Shown here piece after piece: positions 60,349-64,000 of a stretch of DNA of 64,000 nucleotides (its first letter is position 1; every line of letters starts with the position of its first letter). The notes below the pieces were generated by a model, which was not told the DNA's origin, searched no databases, and saw nothing but the letters and a program-made list of their open reading frames with translations. This DNA is from a bacterium. GTDB lineage: Bacteria; Zhuqueibacterota; Zhuqueibacteria; Zhuqueibacterales; Zhuqueibacteraceae. The stretch covers positions 6,312 through 70,311 of the forward strand of contig JBOHQX010000300.1 in the NCBI GenBank assembly GCA_050732395.1, written 5' to 3'. The position numbers and the translations under genes are program-made.

Positions 60349-61983
60349 CTGCTCCAACATCTCCAACCCTCGCTGCGCCTCCGCATTCCGTGGATTGATT
60401 TGCAAAACTTTTTGATATGATGTTTTCGCTTCCGCAAACTGCCGATTCAACGCCAAGCCCTGCGCCAGCCACAGCCAGCCATATTCACTTCTCGGATCCA
60501 ATGTGACGTGTTTGCGCAAAGACTGCACGGCCTTGGTATAGCTTTTCTTAATGAGATGGTAATAGCCAATCTGTTTGTATGCTTCCGAATGCTTGGGGCC
60601 GAGCTTGAGCACTTCTTCATATTCGGCCTCGGCTTGCGCGAAGGAATCGACTTGCGCGTACGTGCGCGCCAGAGACAGCCGGCCGTCGAGATGGTCGGGC
60701 TTGTAGCGCAGGCCTTCCTTCAAGACCGGAATCGCCGCCTGCCAATCCGACAACCCGATATAAGCGATGCCTTTGTTGAAGTAGGCGCCAGCGGCGGTAG
60801 TATCGGCGTGGATTTTTTTGTCGAAACAGGGAATCGCCTCGGCATAGCGCTTTTGAATCACCAATAAAGTGCCGAGTTCGAAATACACTTCCGACAGTGT
60901 GGAGTCCAACACCACGGCGTGCTGATATTGCGTGATCGCTTCGTCGTTTTCTTTGAGCTTGGTCTGGCTGCGCCCCCACCGCACGTAATCCTCGGCTTGG
61001 AGCTCCGCTTTGTTTGCTGGCTGCGCCAGTTTTTCAAACGCTTGCACTGCGTTTTCATAATCACGATTCTCGTAATAAAGATTCGCCAACAAACGCTGTG
61101 CTTCCGCGGTGGGATTCAGTGCCACGGCTCTCTGCGCATGCGGCAAGGCGCTCTCCACCTGGCGGCTGGCATATAATGACTTCGCCAGTAAGAAATAAGC
61201 AGGATAAAAATCCGTTTTGATCTCAACGAAGCTTGCCAGCGTGGAGGCCGCTTCGGTGTAGCGCTTGCCGGCATAGTACAGGTTTCCCAGATCGAAATAA
61301 GCTTCGACATAATCCGGATCGAGCCGCACCACTTCCTTGAACTCGGCAAGGGCCTCGTTGAACAGCTTTTCCTTCTGCAATAGTTTGCCGAGCGTGTAGC
61401 GGGCCTCGGTCCACTCCTGGTCGCGTCGCACGGCTTCGCGATAATTGTCAATAGCCAAGGCCATTATCCTTTGTTTAGTATAGGCATCAGCGATCGCGCG
61501 ATATACTTTGGGATTCTCCGGGTTCGCCTCGCGCGCTTGCAACAATGCGAGGAGGGCCTGCTCGAGCGAATCGCGCGCCATGAAAAGCAGGCCCCGGCCG
61601 TAAAGGAATGGTGAAGGATTTTCTTTCAGTCTCAGTCCGTCATTGAAAGCGGCGTGAGCTTCCTCAAACTTTTTCAATTCCACGCACAGCACGCCAAAGG
61701 CATAAAGATACTCTCCGTTTTTGCTACTGAGTTCACGCGCTTTCTTCAGTTCAGAATAAGCCTCTTCAGGGCTGCCGGCCTCCCACAAAGATAACCCCAG
61801 ATAATAACGTGCATGATCTGAGCTTGGGTTGCGTTCCAACTCGCTGCGCAGCAACGTGATCGCTTCGCCATATTTCCGGTTGTGATATGCGTCTTGTGCG
61901 AGCACCAAAAGCGACTGTTGGGCGGAAGCGGTGACGGCGCAGCACACAATGGCAGCCAAGAGGATGAACCTTGATGATTTCAT
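60340..61983 (-). CDS. secreted tetratricopeptide (TPR) repeat protein
   Basis: Signal peptide MKSSRFILLAAIVCCAVTASAQ, followed by at least 12 34-residue A/Y/L-patterned TPR units (for example YYLGLSLWEAGSPEEAYSELKKA). Confidence 0.85.
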   Translation of the reverse strand: MKSSRFILLAAIVCCAVTASAQQSLLVLAQDAYHNRKYGEAITLLRSELERNPSSDHARYYLGLSLWEAGSPEEAYSELKKARELSSKNGEYLYAFGVLCVELKKFEEAHAAFNDGLRLKENPSPFLYGRGLLFMARDSLEQALLALLQAREANPENPKVYRAIADAYTKQRIMALAIDNYREAVRRDQEWTEARYTLGKLLQKEKLFNEALAEFKEVVRLDPDYVEAYFDLGNLYYAGKRYTEAASTLASFVEIKTDFYPAYFLLAKSLYASRQVESALPHAQRAVALNPTAEAQRLLANLYYENRDYENAVQAFEKLAQPANKAELQAEDYVRWGRSQTKLKENDEAITQYQHAVVLDSTLSEVYFELGTLLVIQKRYAEAIPCFDKKIHADTTAAGAYFNKGIAYIGLSDWQAAIPVLKEGLRYKPDHLDGRLSLARTYAQVDSFAQAEAEYEEVLKLGPKHSEAYKQIGYYHLIKKSYTKAVQSLRKHVTLDPRSEYGWLWLAQGLALNRQFAEAKTSYQKVLQINPRNAEAQRGLEMLEQFQ

Positions 61984-61994
61984 TTTTTCTCCGC

Positions 61995-62903
61995 TTAGCT
62001 ACGGAACTTTACCAACTTCACCGGCATCGTCGCCGGTACCAGGCCGGCATTGAGAATCACCTTTTGACCGGCGGCGCTGGTCACAAAAGCAATAAATCCC
62101 ACTGCCACTCCTAACCGACGATCCCGCGACAACAAGTAAAGCGGCCGGCACAAGGGATAATCGCCGCGATACACCGCAGCTTGATACAATGCCACACAAT
62201 TAGCGGTCGTGTCCTTCGCCAGTTTCAACACTTTGATCTTGTCGGCGATTGCAGCGATTGACGAAGTAGAGTCACTTAACCAGGCCGAGCTCACGAAGCC
62301 AATGCTATTGTCGCGTTGCGCAATCGCTTCCAACAATTTTCGGCTGGAGGCACAGATGTATGTTGAAAGAGAGAATGAAGTATCGTGCACAGCGCGCGCC
62401 AGCATGAATTCCGCCGTGCCCGTGTTACGCGACAGAGCAATCGGTAAAATCGGCCGTGAATTGCCGCCGACGGCATGCCAATTCTGGATTTCACCCCGAT
62501 AGATGGCGCCGACTTGCGCAATACTCAAATTCTGCACCGGATTCTGCGGATGCACAATAACAGCCACACCTTCAATGGCAATGCGGAAAGAATCGATCGA
62601 AATAGCATTCTCGCGTGCAATTTGTTTCTCGTCCGCGCTCAATTGTCTATCCAGGAAAATGGTTTGCACGTCCCCGCGCAAAAATTGCAAAACGGTCTCG
62701 CGTGAGCTTGCCAGCTTCATAGTGATGCTCGTTTTTTCATACAAGCGCTGGAACTCCTCAATCTGCTTTTCCGCAACAGGCGCAAGAGATTCTGCCGACA
62801 TGATCACCAGACTGCCGCTGGTCGGCGAGTCGCCCTCGGGTCGTGAGCCGCCCAGCCACAAAACGGCGAGCATAGGCCATAGTTTTACACCGCCGATTTT
62901 CAT
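61995..62903 (-). CDS. PstS-family (phosphate-binding-protein-like) periplasmic substrate-binding domain protein
   Basis: The ATG at 62903 is 2 nt after the tonB stop. The sequence is GSLVIMSAESLAPV...GVAVIVHPQNPVQNLSIAQVGAIYRGEIQNWHAVGG...SRNTGTAEFM, a type-2 PBP pattern. This PBP is commonly embedded in FCB tonB-exbBD clusters. Confidence 0.7.
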   Translation of the reverse strand: MKIGGVKLWPMLAVLWLGGSRPEGDSPTSGSLVIMSAESLAPVAEKQIEEFQRLYEKTSITMKLASSRETVLQFLRGDVQTIFLDRQLSADEKQIARENAISIDSFRIAIEGVAVIVHPQNPVQNLSIAQVGAIYRGEIQNWHAVGGNSRPILPIALSRNTGTAEFMLARAVHDTSFSLSTYICASSRKLLEAIAQRDNSIGFVSSAWLSDSTSSIAAIADKIKVLKLAKDTTANCVALYQAAVYRGDYPLCRPLYLLSRDRRLGVAVGFIAFVTSAAGQKVILNAGLVPATMPVKLVKFRS

Positions 62904-62904
62904 T

Positions 62905-63660
62905 TTACTCCCGCAGTTGAAAAAGGACAGGAATGACCATCCACACTGCAATTGGACGATCATGCTGGATCGCCGGTTTGAAGACCCACTGCACGACCGC
63001 AGAGACCGCGGCTTCATGGAGAATCTCCGGGCCCTGTATGACCACAGCACGTTTTACTTTACCTTCCTTATCTATCAATATCTTGACGAAAACCCTGCCT
63101 TGCATGCCGGCTTTGCGCGCTAATTCGGGGTATACGGGCTCCACGCGCTTGACGATGGCAGGCGGTGTTTGATAGGGAATGAAGGCATCGATTGGTGGTT
63201 CTTCGTCTCCAAAGAGGAGCCCTTCATCCGAGACTATCAATGAATCTCCCCCGCCAGCAGTCCCTTCCCCGGCAAACAGCGCTTGCATTTGTGCCAATTC
63301 ATCTTGCGTAGCTATAGTCGCCTCTTCGGTAATCTGCGCATCGGGAACCGGAACCGGCACTCCGATGCTGGGACGTACCGCCGGTCCGCTGACCGCTATC
63401 GCGGGTGCCGCGGGCGCTGCGATCGAAGGCGGCGGTCCCAATTCCGCAACATCTTTGATCACTCGTATTCTAACCATGGGCGCTTCCGGTTCTTCACTCA
63501 AAATGCGCGCGCCAATCCACGTGCCCAGGCCAAGAGCTTGGAAAAGAATCGCCGACGTCATCGCCCATGCCAGATGCTTGTGGTACACTTCCAGCATCTC
63601 CGGAGCGCCGTAAGGGAAAAGATATCGAATGGTTTTGGCTTGCACGTTCATAAGGACCAT
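62905..63660 (-). CDS. tonB: TonB family energy transducer
   Basis: N-terminal TM helix (AMTSAILFQALGLGTWIGA), a Pro/Ala-rich spacer (GPPPSIAAPAAPAIAVSGPAVRPSIGVPVPVPD), and the C-terminal TonB domain PPAIVKRVEPVYPELARKAGMQGRVFVKILIDKEGKV. Confidence 0.88.
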   Translation of the reverse strand: MVLMNVQAKTIRYLFPYGAPEMLEVYHKHLAWAMTSAILFQALGLGTWIGARILSEEPEAPMVRIRVIKDVAELGPPPSIAAPAAPAIAVSGPAVRPSIGVPVPVPDAQITEEATIATQDELAQMQALFAGEGTAGGGDSLIVSDEGLLFGDEEPPIDAFIPYQTPPAIVKRVEPVYPELARKAGMQGRVFVKILIDKEGKVKRAVVIQGPEILHEAAVSAVVQWVFKPAIQHDRPIAVWMVIPVLFQLRE

Positions 63661-63701
63661 ACCGTTTTTCCATTGTTATTCAAACCCACAAAGGCCCGGA
63701 G

Positions 63702-64000
63702 TCAGTGGCCTCTCACGTACCCGCTTTGCACATGCCACTTCGGATCTCGCAAAAAAACCGCCTTGCAATCCGGGCACTCGAAATAGTAAAACTTGCCTCT
63801 ATATGAGGCTTCCAGAGAATTGATCACCGCTTTCGCGCTTTCCACCTCTGCACCGCATACCGGACAGCGTGTATCCGGGTTTTGCAGATTTGCCGGTGTG
63901 TTCTTTTGTGCATGCAAAGAGGCGAGGTATTGCGTCACTGCGCTGATCTCGTGCGGTTTCAGGGGAATGGGCGGCATGCTGCTCACTTCAGTAAATTGTA
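63702..64000 (-). CDS. C-terminal part of a cytochrome c domain fused to a YHS/TRASH-like metal-binding domain (5' end outside window)
   Basis: The frame is open to the window edge (..QFTEVSSMPPIPLKPHEISAVTQYLASL, a typical class-I cytochrome c C-terminal helix with the Met ligand region). It is followed by CPVCGAEV...GKFYYFECPDCKAVFLRDP (YHS-like). Confidence 0.55.
   Translation of the reverse strand, partial: QFTEVSSMPPIPLKPHEISAVTQYLASLHAQKNTPANLQNPDTRCPVCGAEVESAKAVINSLEASYRGKFYYFECPDCKAVFLRDPKWHVQSGYVRGH

Overview
This is a 64-kb chromosomal segment of a moderately GC-rich bacterium with AT-rich intergenic islands. I infer an uncultivated FCB-superphylum lineage outside the classical Bacteroidia. 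The grounds are five giant secreted proteins ending in Por/T9SS-type C-terminal sorting domains (CTDs), a PorV/PorQ-like barrel, a tonB/PstS-like/TPR/exbB/exbD/exbD operon, and PFOR. I call about 50 protein genes, 2 tRNAs (Thr-CGU, Phe-GAA) and 5 gene remnants or pseudogenes.

Layout:
- 0-22.9 kb: housekeeping genes (an argD-like 3' end, argB, modAB, RluA, an rRNA methyltransferase, a PP2C phosphatase, and an alpha-oxoamine synthase with a GNAT-like partner), interleaved with two T9SS cargo genes and a truncated paralog.
- 23-32 kb: an ECF sigma / anti-sigma / 2x DUF4097 module, the PorV/PorQ-like gene, the tRNAs, and DUF6702 with an M1 peptidase.
- 32-39.6 kb: two adhesin-like T9SS cargo genes (beta-propeller + 3x Calx-beta; 8x FN3).
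- 39.7-50.0 kb: the stand-out. A minus-strand locus encodes a c554-like tetrahaem protein and an ImcH-like 3-TM protein with 7 haem sites. It also encodes a 9-haem cytochrome carrying PKD-like, FN3 and T9SS sorting domains. A 431-aa beta-barrel is tightly coupled to a 12-haem c7-polymer-like protein, and a CxxxxCH/CxxCH cytochrome with 9 haem sites completes the set. I count 41 haem motifs in total. This is a candidate complete extracellular-electron-transfer route whose outermost cytochrome looks T9SS-exported.
- 50-64 kb: a decayed DHOD-like gene, PFOR, a CDF transporter, OsmC, the TonB/ExbBD operon, and a cytochrome c-YHS fusion cut by the window edge.

The non-coding DNA is unusual in three ways:
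- A nested-palindrome MITE/REP-like family has at least 6 copies, three of them around the T9SS cytochrome gene.
- A 340-bp imperfect palindrome sits inside the cytochrome locus.
- Degenerate 6-8-nt periodic arrays recur, usually as inverted pairs, directly 3' of stop codons.

All calls rest on reading the translations and the sequence by eye. No HMM, BLAST or folding computation was run. Start codons are best guesses from RBS and signal-peptide context.
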